In this document: positions 49,268 to 58,299 of the stretch, piece after piece
Layout of the letters: every line of letters begins with the position of its first letter
Numbering within the stretch: the first letter of the stretch is position 1
NCBI GenBank assembly: GCA_963826115.1
Contig: CAWGVS010000002.1
Coordinates: forward strand, 96,001-160,000
Reading direction: 5' to 3'
DNA from: an uncultured Candidatus Rokubacteria bacterium
GTDB taxonomy: Bacteria > Methylomirabilota > Methylomirabilia > Rokubacteriales > DASRDR01
DNA: 64,000 nt
The notes under the pieces: model-generated
The model's database searches: none
What the model saw: the letters and a program-made list of their open reading frames with translations, nothing else
What the model was told of the DNA's origin: nothing
Made by a program: the position numbers and the translations under genes

Positions 49268-50115
49268 CGGCCCGCCGCGGGACCGCGGCCGACGCGGCGC
49301 CCACGCCCGCGCGCCGCCGCCGGGCGGCGCCGCGCCGAAAGTCCGGCGGGTCCTGGGGGACCCGGCTCGTCCGGGCCGCGCTGCTGGCCCCGCTCACGCT
49401 CCGCCTGGCCGCGCTGGGCTTGCTCCTCGGGGTCCTCCTCGTCGCGCTGAACGTCGCCTACCAGGTGGCCCGCAAGCCGACCGAGCTCCTCGGGCTCGTG
49501 TTCGCACCGGCGCCCCTCACCGCGGCCGAAACATGGGCGCGCTACGGCGGCCAGTTCCGGGCTCACGCGACCGAGCTGGTCCGCCCCGAGCTCCTCGCCG
49601 CCCTCGCCCACGCGGAGAGCCTGGGGGATCCCCTCGCCCGCACCGCCTGGCAGTGGCGCTGGACCTGGAACCCGCTGGCCCTCTACGCGCCGGCGTCCAG
49701 CGCGGTCGGCCTCTTCCAGATGACCGACGCCGCGTTCGAGGAGGGGCGACGGCTCTGCGTCCACGACCACCAGGTCGCCCGCGCCGGCGCGTGGCACGAC
49801 GTGCACGCCTGCTGGTTCCCGGCTCTCTACATGCGGACGGTGCCCGGCCATGCCATCGAGATGACGGCGGCCCGGCTCCACGTGCACCTCGCCCAGATCC
49901 TCGGACCCGACCGGGCCGGGCGGACCGGGCTCCGGGCCCGCGAGCAGCTGGCCGCGGTCGTCCACCTGTGCGGGCCCGCCCGCGGGGCGGCGTTCGCCCG
50001 CCGCGGCTTCCGGGTCACCCCCGGGGAAGCCTGCGGGGCCCACGACCTGGCGGCGTACCTGGCGCGAGTGGACCGCGCCACGGTCTCGTTCGAGCGGCTC
50101 GCCCGCAAGGCGTGA
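49264..50115 (+). CDS. SLT-domain lytic transglycosylase-like protein
   Basis: TM anchor; ALAHAES catalytic Glu; SSAVGLFQMT. Confidence 0.75.
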   Translation: MTARRGTAADAAPTPARRRRAAPRRKSGGSWGTRLVRAALLAPLTLRLAALGLLLGVLLVALNVAYQVARKPTELLGLVFAPAPLTAAETWARYGGQFRAHATELVRPELLAALAHAESLGDPLARTAWQWRWTWNPLALYAPASSAVGLFQMTDAAFEEGRRLCVHDHQVARAGAWHDVHACWFPALYMRTVPGHAIEMTAARLHVHLAQILGPDRAGRTGLRAREQLAAVVHLCGPARGAAFARRGFRVTPGEACGAHDLAAYLARVDRATVSFERLARKA

Positions 50116-50170
50116 GCCTGCCGCCACGCCCGGGTTGCGGCCGCGCCCCCCGCGTGATAGGCAGGACAGC

Positions 50171-50476
50171 ATGGGGAAGTCAGCGTCCACACCCTTCGAG
50201 GTCACCTGCCCGTGCTGCAAGGCGATCCTGACCATCGACGGCGAGGTCCGGGCGGTGCTGGCCCACAAGAATCCGCCGCGCAGTGGCCCCCTCTCGAGCC
50301 TCGACCAGGCCATGGACCACCTCCGCGGGGCGGGAGCACGGCGGGAGGCGGCGTTCCAGCAGGCGGCAGAGTCGGAGCGGACCAAGGGCGACGTCCTGGC
50401 GCGGAAGTTCGGCGAGGGCCTCAAGCGGGCGAAGGACGACCCGGACCCGCCGATCCGCCCGATCGACCTCGACTAG
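50171..50476 (+). CDS. Small protein with N-terminal CPCC zinc-ribbon-like motif
   Basis: FEVTCPCCKAILTID; coiled coil; ends PIDLD. Confidence 0.7.
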   Translation: MGKSASTPFEVTCPCCKAILTIDGEVRAVLAHKNPPRSGPLSSLDQAMDHLRGAGARREAAFQQAAESERTKGDVLARKFGEGLKRAKDDPDPPIRPIDLD

Positions 50477-50498
50477 CGGCGCACCGAGCTCACTGGCC

Positions 50499-51539
50499 GT
50501 GACGCGGGCCCGGGCGTCCGGCGAGGTCGCGGCTCCGGACCTCCTCCGCGACATCCTGCCGGGCGTCAGCCGTTCGTTCGCGCTCTCCCTCCGAGTCCTG
50601 CCCCGATCTCTCCGGCGCGCCTTCGGCGTGACCTATCTCGTCGCGCGGGCGGCGGACACGATCGCCGACACGCGGGCGCTCGCGCCCGCCAAGCGGCTCG
50701 GGACGCTCCATGCCCTCCGCGCCGCCCTCGACGACGGCGGGGCTCCGCCGGCGCCCGACGACTCCGCGGCCGGCGGGCACACGGCAGCCGAGCGCAGGCT
50801 CCTGGCCCGCCTTCCCGACGTCCTGACCGCCTATCACGCCCTCGCGCCCGACGACCGGGCGCGGGCGCGCGACGTCCTTCTCACGCTGACGCAGGCGATG
50901 GTCGAGGTCCTCGAGCGCTTTCCGCCGGAGATGGCGGCGCGGGTGGGCGCGCTCGACACGCGGGCGGACCTGGATCGCTACGTGCACATGAACGCCGGCT
51001 GCGTCGGCGAGTTCTGGACCGACATGGTGGCGGCGCACCGGCCGCGCTGCGCGGGCTGGGACCTCGCGGCGATGCGCGCGCGCGGCGCGCGCTTCGGCCA
51101 GGGGCTCCAGCTGGTCAACGTGCTCCGCGACCTGCCGCGCGACCTCCGGATCGGGCGGTGCTATGTCCCGCGCGCGGAGCTGACGGCGCTCGGGCTCGCG
51201 CCGGAGGACCTCTTGAACCCCGCCGCGCTCGCGCGCGTCCGCCCCCTGCTCCACGCCCTGATCGACGAGGCGCTCCGCCGGCTCGACGAGGGCCGCCGGT
51301 ACACGCTCGCCGTGCCCCGTCGCGAGGCTCGGCTCCGGCTGGCGTCGCTCTGGCCGCTCCTGATCGGGCTCGCCACGCTCGCCCGGCTCCGCGTCGCCGA
51401 GAACCTGCTCGAGCCCGCCGTCACGATCAAGGTGTCGCGCGGCGAGGTCCGCTGGATGCTCGCCCGCTCGCTCGCGCTCGTGTGGTCCGACCGCGCGCTC
51501 GACGCGTGGATCGAGCGCCTCGCCGCCGCCGCCCGCTGA
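50499..51539 (+). CDS. Squalene/phytoene synthase family protein
   Basis: VSRSFAL, RAADTIAD, AGCVGEFWT, GLQLVNVLRDLPRD, GRCYVP. Confidence 0.88.
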   Translation: MTRARASGEVAAPDLLRDILPGVSRSFALSLRVLPRSLRRAFGVTYLVARAADTIADTRALAPAKRLGTLHALRAALDDGGAPPAPDDSAAGGHTAAERRLLARLPDVLTAYHALAPDDRARARDVLLTLTQAMVEVLERFPPEMAARVGALDTRADLDRYVHMNAGCVGEFWTDMVAAHRPRCAGWDLAAMRARGARFGQGLQLVNVLRDLPRDLRIGRCYVPRAELTALGLAPEDLLNPAALARVRPLLHALIDEALRRLDEGRRYTLAVPRREARLRLASLWPLLIGLATLARLRVAENLLEPAVTIKVSRGEVRWMLARSLALVWSDRALDAWIERLAAAAR

Positions 51540-51558
51540 AGCCGGGGGCGGCCGCCGG

Positions 51559-52449
51559 CTAGGAGGCGCGCTCCTCCGGGGGCACGAGGTGGAGGAGCGC
51601 TTCCGGATCGACGCGCGCGCCGCCGAGCTGCACGGCGAAGTGGAGGTGCGGGCCCGTCACGCGCCCGGTCGCGCCCACGGTCCCGATGACCTGGCCGGCG
51701 CTCACGGCCTCGCCCGTGGCGATGCGAGCCTCGGTGAGATGGAAGTAGAAGCTGAAGAGGCCGAGGCCGTGGTCCAGCACCACGTTGCGTCCGGCGAAGA
51801 AGTGCTCGGCCACGAGCGCCGCCCGGCCCGCGTTCGCCGCGAGGACGAGCGTGCCGGCGGGGGCGGCCCAGTCGTAACCGGTGTGGGGGCTCCGCGGCTG
51901 CCCGTTGATGAGGCGGCGGAGCCCGAAGCCGCCGGTCGGCTGTCCCCCCTCCACCGGGATCCGGAACGGCCCCCGCCAGAGCCGCTCCGCCGCGCCCGCC
52001 GCGAGCGCCGCCTTGAGCTCGGCGCGCTCGACGTCGACGCGGGCGAGCGTGGGCGCGTCGAGGTCGACCATGCCCTTCGGCAAGGTCAGCTGCTGCGTCG
52101 GGAAGGTCCGCGGGCGCACGGTGACGGCGCCCGCCGCGAGCGCGCCGCCATTCTTGGCGGCGCTCGGCCGGGTGATGCGCCAGCCGACGGGGCCCGGGCG
52201 CACCTCGAGGTCGATTCCGACCAGCGCGGCCACGCCGCGCTCCGTCGGGAACACCGGGACCGCGCGGCCGTCCCATTCGGCGCGGGCCTCGGGCGGCGCG
52301 CCGGTGACCTCGAGAAGGACGATGTCGCCCGGCTGGGGACTGGGCGGCCGGACCGTCACCCGCACGGGCCCGTCGGTGCCCCCCCGCGCGCGCGAGGGCC
52401 GCGCGAGACCCAGGAGCGCGGCGCCGAGCAGGAAGGTGCGGCGTCTCAC
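51559..52449 (-). CDS. M23 metallopeptidase with Tat-like signal
   Basis: RRRTFL; HTGYD (HxxxD), TGPHLHF (HxH). Confidence 0.9.
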   Translation of the reverse strand: MRRRTFLLGAALLGLARPSRARGGTDGPVRVTVRPPSPQPGDIVLLEVTGAPPEARAEWDGRAVPVFPTERGVAALVGIDLEVRPGPVGWRITRPSAAKNGGALAAGAVTVRPRTFPTQQLTLPKGMVDLDAPTLARVDVERAELKAALAAGAAERLWRGPFRIPVEGGQPTGGFGLRRLINGQPRSPHTGYDWAAPAGTLVLAANAGRAALVAEHFFAGRNVVLDHGLGLFSFYFHLTEARIATGEAVSAGQVIGTVGATGRVTGPHLHFAVQLGGARVDPEALLHLVPPEERAS

Positions 52450-53330
52450 TCCGGCGTCGGCCCCGGCGGCTGCTGGCGCAGGAAGCGCTCGATCTCGGCC
52501 ACCAGGTCGGTCGTGTTCGGCAGGTCGCCGGGGGGCCGCGGCTCGGGCTCCTCCGCCTCCTGGTCCTTCGTCTCGAGGCGACGCACGTAGTTCGCGACCT
52601 TCCGGTTCTGCTGGAGCACCTCGGTCAGCTGGGAGTCGAACTGGGTCCCCGCCTCCTCCAGCTCCCGGTAGTCGAGGGGCCCGTCGAAGAGCCGGTTCGC
52701 GCGCTGGACCAGCGCCAGGGTCGCGCGCGGATTCTCCATCGCCGAGATGTAGTGCGGGACGTTCGCCCAGAGGCTCGCGGTCGCGAGGCCGTTCGCGCGG
52801 GCCGTCGAGGACAGCACCCCGACGATCCCGGTCGGCCCCTCGTAGCGGGTCGGGCGCACGCCGAGGACGGCGCCCAGCTCGGGATCGGTGGCGAAGCCCG
52901 TCAGCCGGACCGGACGGGTGTGCGGGACCTCGGCCAGGAGCGCGCCGAGGGTGACCACGAGGCCGACCTCCAGCTCCTTCGCGAAGTCGAGCACCGCGCG
53001 GCAGTACGTCTTCCAGCGGAGGTGGGGTTCGATCCCCACGCCGACGACGACGTCCCGGTTCGCCCGCGTGCAGAGGAAGAACTCCATCTCGGGCCAGACG
53101 ATCTCCCGCTCGAGCGTCCCCGGCACGAGGCGCACGAGCGGCCGCTGGAGACCGAAGTGGTAGAACTCCTCGGGGTCGAGGCTCGCGATCCGCTGGCCGT
53201 CCCACGCGCTCCGGAGGAAACGGGCCGCGTTGGTCGCCGACTCGGCGGCGTCGTTCCAGCCGGCGAAGGCCAGGAGCAGGACGGGCCGGCGGAGCCGCCC
53301 CGGACGCTCGTGGATCGTCACCTGGACCAT
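52446..53330 (-). CDS. PAC2 (proteasome assembly chaperone) family protein
   Basis: AFAGWNDAAESAT, EPHLRW, VPHTRP, YEGPTGI, VPHY. Confidence 0.88.
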   Translation of the reverse strand: MVQVTIHERPGRLRRPVLLLAFAGWNDAAESATNAARFLRSAWDGQRIASLDPEEFYHFGLQRPLVRLVPGTLEREIVWPEMEFFLCTRANRDVVVGVGIEPHLRWKTYCRAVLDFAKELEVGLVVTLGALLAEVPHTRPVRLTGFATDPELGAVLGVRPTRYEGPTGIVGVLSSTARANGLATASLWANVPHYISAMENPRATLALVQRANRLFDGPLDYRELEEAGTQFDSQLTEVLQQNRKVANYVRRLETKDQEAEEPEPRPPGDLPNTTDLVAEIERFLRQQPPGPTPE

Positions 53331-53450
53331 TGATCGCCGCTCTCACGCCGGATTGTAGGGCGCGGCGCCCGCCGCCACAACCGGATTGTGCCGGGCGGCG
53401 ACGCAAGTGGCTGGCCCGCGCGGGGCCCTCGGCTATACTGGCGTCAAGCC

Positions 53451-54917
53451 GTGAGGAACCGTCACCGCGTTCCGGGTCTCCCCCTGACGTTCGCGCTCCT
53501 GCTGCTCCTCGTCGCGGGCGGCGCGCCTCTCCGGGCCCACGCGGCCAAGTCGTCCGACCTGATCGACGCCGTGGAGAACGTCCGCGCGACGGGCGACCTC
53601 GACAAGATGATCGCGCGGCGGCGGATCCGTGTCCTGCTCGTCTACAGCAAGACCTTCTACTTCCTCGACCGGGGCCGCCAGCGGGGCGCCACCTACGACT
53701 TCATGCGGGCCTTCGAGGACGACCTCAACAAGCGCCTCGGGACGGGGCATCTCCGGGTCCAGGCCGTCTTCATCCCGGTGGGGCGGGACGAGCTGCTTCC
53801 GGGCCTCGTGGAGGGCCGGGGAGACATCGCGGCCGCCAACCTGACGATCACCGACGAGCGCCGACAGCAGGTCGACTTCTCGAATCCGATCGGCACCGGC
53901 GTGGACGAGATCGTCGTCACCGGGCCCGCCTCGCCCCCGATCGAGAACGTCCAGGACCTCGCCGGCCAGGAGGTCTTCGTCCGCAAGTCGAGCAGCTACT
54001 ACGAGAGCCTGGTGCGCCTGAACGCCGAGCTCGAGAAGGCGGGCAAGAAGCCCGTGCGCTTGAAGCTCGCGCCCGAGACCCTCGAGGACGAGGACCTCCT
54101 CGAGATGGTCAACGCCGGCCTGGTGAGGCTGGTCGTCGTCGACAGCCACAAGGCCGAGTTCTGGACCCAGATCTTCCCGAAGATCAAGCTCCACCCGGAG
54201 GCGGCGGTCCGGACCGGCGGCGAGATCGCGTGGGCGTTCCGGAAGAACAGCCCCAAGCTCGCCGCGGCGGTGAACCGCTTCATCGCGGCGAACCGCAAGG
54301 GGACGAACCTCGGAAACCAGATCTTCAACCGCTACCTGCGGAGCGCGAAGTACGTGCAGAACGCGCTCGATCCGGACGGGCTCCGGAAGTACGAGCAGAC
54401 CGTCGCGCTGTTCCGCAAGTACGGCGAGCGCTACGACTTCGACGCGCTCATGCTGACAGCCCAGGGGTACCAGGAGTCCCAGCTGGACAACCAGCGCCGG
54501 AGCCACGCGGGCGCGGTCGGCGTGATGCAGGTCCTGCCGTCGACGGGCAAGGAGATGCAGGTCGGGGACATCAGTCAGCTCGATCCGAACATCCACGCCG
54601 GGACCAAGTACCTCCGGTTCATGGTGGACCGCTACTTCAAGGACGCCCCCATGGACCCGGTGGACAAGATGCTCTTCGCCTTCGCCTCGTACAACGCGGG
54701 GCCCGCGAAGATTGCGCGGCTCCGGAAGGAGGCGAAGGCGGCGGGCCTCGACCCGAACGTGTGGTTCAACAACGTCGAGCGGATCGCCGCGAAACGGATC
54801 GGCCGCGAGACGGTGCAGTACGTGAGCAACATCTTCAAGTATTACGTCGCCTACAAGCTCGTCGAGGACGAGCGGCAGGAACGGGAGCGCGCCAAGGAGC
54901 AGAAGCCCACCGGGTAG
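53451..54917 (+). CDS. MltF-like lytic transglycosylase (SBP + SLT)
   Basis: GDIAAANLTIT SBP domain; YQES, GAVGVMQ, SYNAG, RETVQYV. Confidence 0.88.
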   Translation: MRNRHRVPGLPLTFALLLLLVAGGAPLRAHAAKSSDLIDAVENVRATGDLDKMIARRRIRVLLVYSKTFYFLDRGRQRGATYDFMRAFEDDLNKRLGTGHLRVQAVFIPVGRDELLPGLVEGRGDIAAANLTITDERRQQVDFSNPIGTGVDEIVVTGPASPPIENVQDLAGQEVFVRKSSSYYESLVRLNAELEKAGKKPVRLKLAPETLEDEDLLEMVNAGLVRLVVVDSHKAEFWTQIFPKIKLHPEAAVRTGGEIAWAFRKNSPKLAAAVNRFIAANRKGTNLGNQIFNRYLRSAKYVQNALDPDGLRKYEQTVALFRKYGERYDFDALMLTAQGYQESQLDNQRRSHAGAVGVMQVLPSTGKEMQVGDISQLDPNIHAGTKYLRFMVDRYFKDAPMDPVDKMLFAFASYNAGPAKIARLRKEAKAAGLDPNVWFNNVERIAAKRIGRETVQYVSNIFKYYVAYKLVEDERQERERAKEQKPTG

Positions 54918-54944
54918 ACCGGGCCGGGCTATGATCCCCGCGGC

Positions 54945-56408
54945 ATGAGCCACGATCTCGTCGTGCGGGGCGGGACGGTCGTCACCGACACCGAGACCCT
55001 CCGGTGCGACGTCGGCGTCGACGGGGGCCGGATCACGGCGCTGGGCGAGACGCTGCCGCCGGGGCGCCGCGAGCTCGACGCCCGCGACCTCTACGTCCTC
55101 CCGGGCGGGATCGACAGCCACGTCCACATCGAGCAGCTCTCCTCGGCCGGCGTCGTGTGTGCGGACGACTTCCACTCCGGCACCGTGGCCGCGGCCTTCG
55201 GCGGCACCACCACCGTGGTCCCCTTCGCCGCCCAGCACCGGGGGATGAAGCTCCGGGCCGTCGTCGAGGACTACCACCGGCGGGCCACCGAGAAGGCGGT
55301 CATCGACTACGCGTTCCACCTGATCCTCGCCGATCCGACGGAGGAGGCGCTCCGCGAGGACCTGCCGCGGCTCGTCGCGGAAGGCATCACCTCGTTGAAG
55401 GTCTACATGACCTACGACCGCCTCCGCGTGACCGACGAGCAGCTCCTCGACGTCCTGGCCGCGGCCCGGCGGCTCGGCGCCCTCACCATGGTCCACGCCG
55501 AGAACCACGGCATGATCGCCTGGCTGTCGCACCGCCTCGTCGACGCCGGCGCGACCGCCCCGCGCTACCACGCCATCGCGCATCCGCGCGTGGCGGAAGG
55601 CGAGGCGGTCCAGCGCGCGATCGCGCTCGCCGAGCTGATCGACGTGCCCGTCCTGATCGTGCACGTGTCGGACGCGGCGGGGGCGAGCGCGATCCACCGG
55701 GCGCAGGCGCGCGGCCTCCGCGTCTACGGCGAGACCTGCCCCCAGTACCTCTTCCTCACCGCGGAGGATCTCGACCGCCCCGGGCTCGAGGGTGCGAAGT
55801 ACGGCTGTAGCCCCCCGCCGCGGGACCGCGCGTCGCACGAGGCGATCTGGCGGGGCCTCGTCGACGGGACGTTCCAGGCCTACTCGTCCGACCACGCGCC
55901 GTACCGCTTCGACGAGTCGGGCAAGCTCCCGAAGGGCGAGCGCACGACGTTCAAGGACATGGCCAACGGCGTGCCCGGGATCGAGCTCCGGCTGCCGCTG
56001 CTCTTCTCGGAGGGCGTCGGCGGGGGCCGCCTCTCGTTGAACGAGTTCGTGGCCCTCGGCGCGACCAACCACGCGAAGCTCTACGGGCTCTACCCCCGCA
56101 AGGGCACGATCACGCTCGGGGCGGACGCGGACCTCGCGCTCTGGGATCCCCGGCGCCGCGTCCGCGTCGCGTGGTCCATGCTCCACGACCGCACGGGCTA
56201 CACCCCTTACGAGGGCCGCGAGCTCACGGGGTGGCCGGTCACGGTGGTCTCCCGCGGGCGGGTCGTCGTCCACGAGGGCCGGCTCGACGCCGAGCCGGGC
56301 TCGGGACAGTTCGTGCCGGCCACGCCCTCTGCCTGGGCGCGCCCGCGCGGAGTGGCCGTGCCCGAGCTGGCGCGGCTCCGGGAGCTCGGCCCCGCCCTCG
56401 ACCTCTAG
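54945..56408 (+). CDS. hydA: Dihydropyrimidinase/hydantoinase
   Basis: PGGIDSHVH, LKVYMTY, VHAEN, VHVS, ETCPQY, SDHAPY, ADADL. Confidence 0.88.
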   Translation: MSHDLVVRGGTVVTDTETLRCDVGVDGGRITALGETLPPGRRELDARDLYVLPGGIDSHVHIEQLSSAGVVCADDFHSGTVAAAFGGTTTVVPFAAQHRGMKLRAVVEDYHRRATEKAVIDYAFHLILADPTEEALREDLPRLVAEGITSLKVYMTYDRLRVTDEQLLDVLAAARRLGALTMVHAENHGMIAWLSHRLVDAGATAPRYHAIAHPRVAEGEAVQRAIALAELIDVPVLIVHVSDAAGASAIHRAQARGLRVYGETCPQYLFLTAEDLDRPGLEGAKYGCSPPPRDRASHEAIWRGLVDGTFQAYSSDHAPYRFDESGKLPKGERTTFKDMANGVPGIELRLPLLFSEGVGGGRLSLNEFVALGATNHAKLYGLYPRKGTITLGADADLALWDPRRRVRVAWSMLHDRTGYTPYEGRELTGWPVTVVSRGRVVVHEGRLDAEPGSGQFVPATPSAWARPRGVAVPELARLRELGPALDL

Positions 56409-56550
56409 GCGCCGACCCGTCGCCTCACGCGATGAACAGGCAGTAGAGCGCGACCGGGTAGTGAGCCGACGGGACCGGGGCGGACGGAGTCAGGCGCCCG
56501 CGAGCGCGGTCCCCCCGGGGCCGCCGCCGGCCATCGCGTCCGGCGGACCC

Positions 56551-57177
56551 ATGTGGCGCGCGATCCGGCTCGTCCTCGTCGTGGCGCGCAACGGGGTGGG
56601 GATCGTCGGCACCCTGGTCTTCGGCTGGTCGGCCTCGACGCTGATCCTGCTCTACTTTGCGGACACGCTCGCCGGCATGTGGGCGGTGTTCGCCGCCGCC
56701 GGCTACAAGTTCAGCTCCGCCGACCCGCGCCTGGGGGTCTGGAGCGTCGTGGAAGGCGCCGTGAGCGCCTCCCTGGTCGCGCTCTTCCTGACGGCGGTGG
56801 TCGCGGTGCCGCTCGGCGTGCCCGTCATCATCCTGTTCGGGGCGTCGAGCATCGGCTGGGGCCAGCTGGGGGCCGATCCGACGCTCTCCACCGGGATCCT
56901 CGTCGTGGCGCTGATCGCGATCGTCGGCGCGGTCCGGCACGTCTTCACGCTGGCCGAGGGCGCGGCGGGAGACGCGCTGGTCAAGCGGACGTTCGGGATC
57001 CTGATGACCCGCTGGGTGCTGGTGCTGATGGCGATCTACTCCCTGGTCGGGATCGCCGGCCGCGCCGCGCTCTACGTCGTGGTGGCGGCCTACGGCGTGG
57101 CCGGCGCGTGGAGCGAGCTCGACCCCGAGCGCTTCACCCGCCTCTTCCCCGCCCGCCGCCCGCCCGCCGCGCGGTAG
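56551..57177 (+). CDS. Hypothetical multi-pass membrane protein
   Basis: Five to six hydrophobic segments; FGWS...LLYF; start 56461 or 56551. Confidence 0.65.
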   Translation: MWRAIRLVLVVARNGVGIVGTLVFGWSASTLILLYFADTLAGMWAVFAAAGYKFSSADPRLGVWSVVEGAVSASLVALFLTAVVAVPLGVPVIILFGASSIGWGQLGADPTLSTGILVVALIAIVGAVRHVFTLAEGAAGDALVKRTFGILMTRWVLVLMAIYSLVGIAGRAALYVVVAAYGVAGAWSELDPERFTRLFPARRPPAAR

Positions 57178-57192
57178 CGGCGGCCGGCGGGC

Positions 57193-58218
57193 TCACCCGC
57201 CGGCGGCGACGCGGCGACGGACCTCGGGCAGCACGGCGCGCCCGAGCAGCTCGAGGCTCGCCATGACGTCCTCCTGCGGCATCCCGGGCCAGCTGACGCG
57301 CATGGTCGCGTGCGTCACGCCGGCCCGGCGCTGGGCGAGGAGCGCCTCGACCACCTGCGCCGGCGAGCCGACCGCGAAGCGATTCGCGGCAAGGCGCCGG
57401 AGCTGCGTCGCCGGCGGCGCGGCCGGGTCGAGGGTGATGCCGGGAATCCCCCACGCGAGGTAGGCCGCGTACTTGGTCAGGAGGAACGGCGCGGCCCGCC
57501 GGATCGCCGTCTCCTCGTCGGGCCCGCACGCGACCTCGATCAGGCGCCCGACGTAGGGGCTGGGAGGGAGCCCGGCCTCCGCGCGGGCGCGCGCGAACTC
57601 GGTCGCCTGGACGGCGAACTCGTCCACGGTCGGCACCGGGACCACCAGCCAGCCATCGCCGATGCGGGCCGCGCGGGCGATGCCCGCCGGCACCTGAGAG
57701 CCGACGAGGATCGGCGGCCGCGGCGACTGGACCGGCCGCGGGCGGATCGTCACGTCGTCGAGCCGCCAGTGACGGCCGTGGTGGGTGACGCGGTCCTCGG
57801 TCCAGAGCCGCCGGATGATCTCGACGCCCTCGACCAGCCGGCTGACACGCTCGGCCATCGGCACGCCGAAGATGGCGAACTCCTCGGGCCGGTAGCCGAG
57901 TCCCACGCCCAGGACGAACCGGCCGCCGGTGATGACGTCCAGAAAGGCGCCGATCTCCGCGACCTCGACGGGATTGTGGAGCGGCAAGAGGACCAGGTTC
58001 GTGCCAAGCCCGAGGCCCTCGGCCTCGGGCGCGAGCCGCTGGAGGAACGGGAGCAGCGGGAAGTAGTGGAACCCCGGCGTGGCGTGGTGCTCCCCGCCCC
58101 AGATGGAGTCGAAGCCGAGCGCGCGGATGAGGCGCACCTGCTCGACCGTCTCGGCGAACCGGCGCGCCGGGTCGTCCGTCGCCGGATGCTGCGCGTTGAC
58201 GTAGATGCCGAGGTGCAC
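57193..58218 (-). CDS. LLM-class flavin-dependent oxidoreductase
   Basis: WGGEHH, PVEVAE, GRFVLGVGLGYRPEEF, PRPVQSPRPPI. Confidence 0.92.
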   Translation of the reverse strand: MHLGIYVNAQHPATDDPARRFAETVEQVRLIRALGFDSIWGGEHHATPGFHYFPLLPFLQRLAPEAEGLGLGTNLVLLPLHNPVEVAEIGAFLDVITGGRFVLGVGLGYRPEEFAIFGVPMAERVSRLVEGVEIIRRLWTEDRVTHHGRHWRLDDVTIRPRPVQSPRPPILVGSQVPAGIARAARIGDGWLVVPVPTVDEFAVQATEFARARAEAGLPPSPYVGRLIEVACGPDEETAIRRAAPFLLTKYAAYLAWGIPGITLDPAAPPATQLRRLAANRFAVGSPAQVVEALLAQRRAGVTHATMRVSWPGMPQEDVMASLELLGRAVLPEVRRRVAAGG

Positions 58219-58299
58219 GCGTCACTCCTCGCCGGCCGCGGCCGGACTCGATGGGTCCCGCGCGGCCACCGCCGCGGGCCATAGGGTACACTCGCTTCC

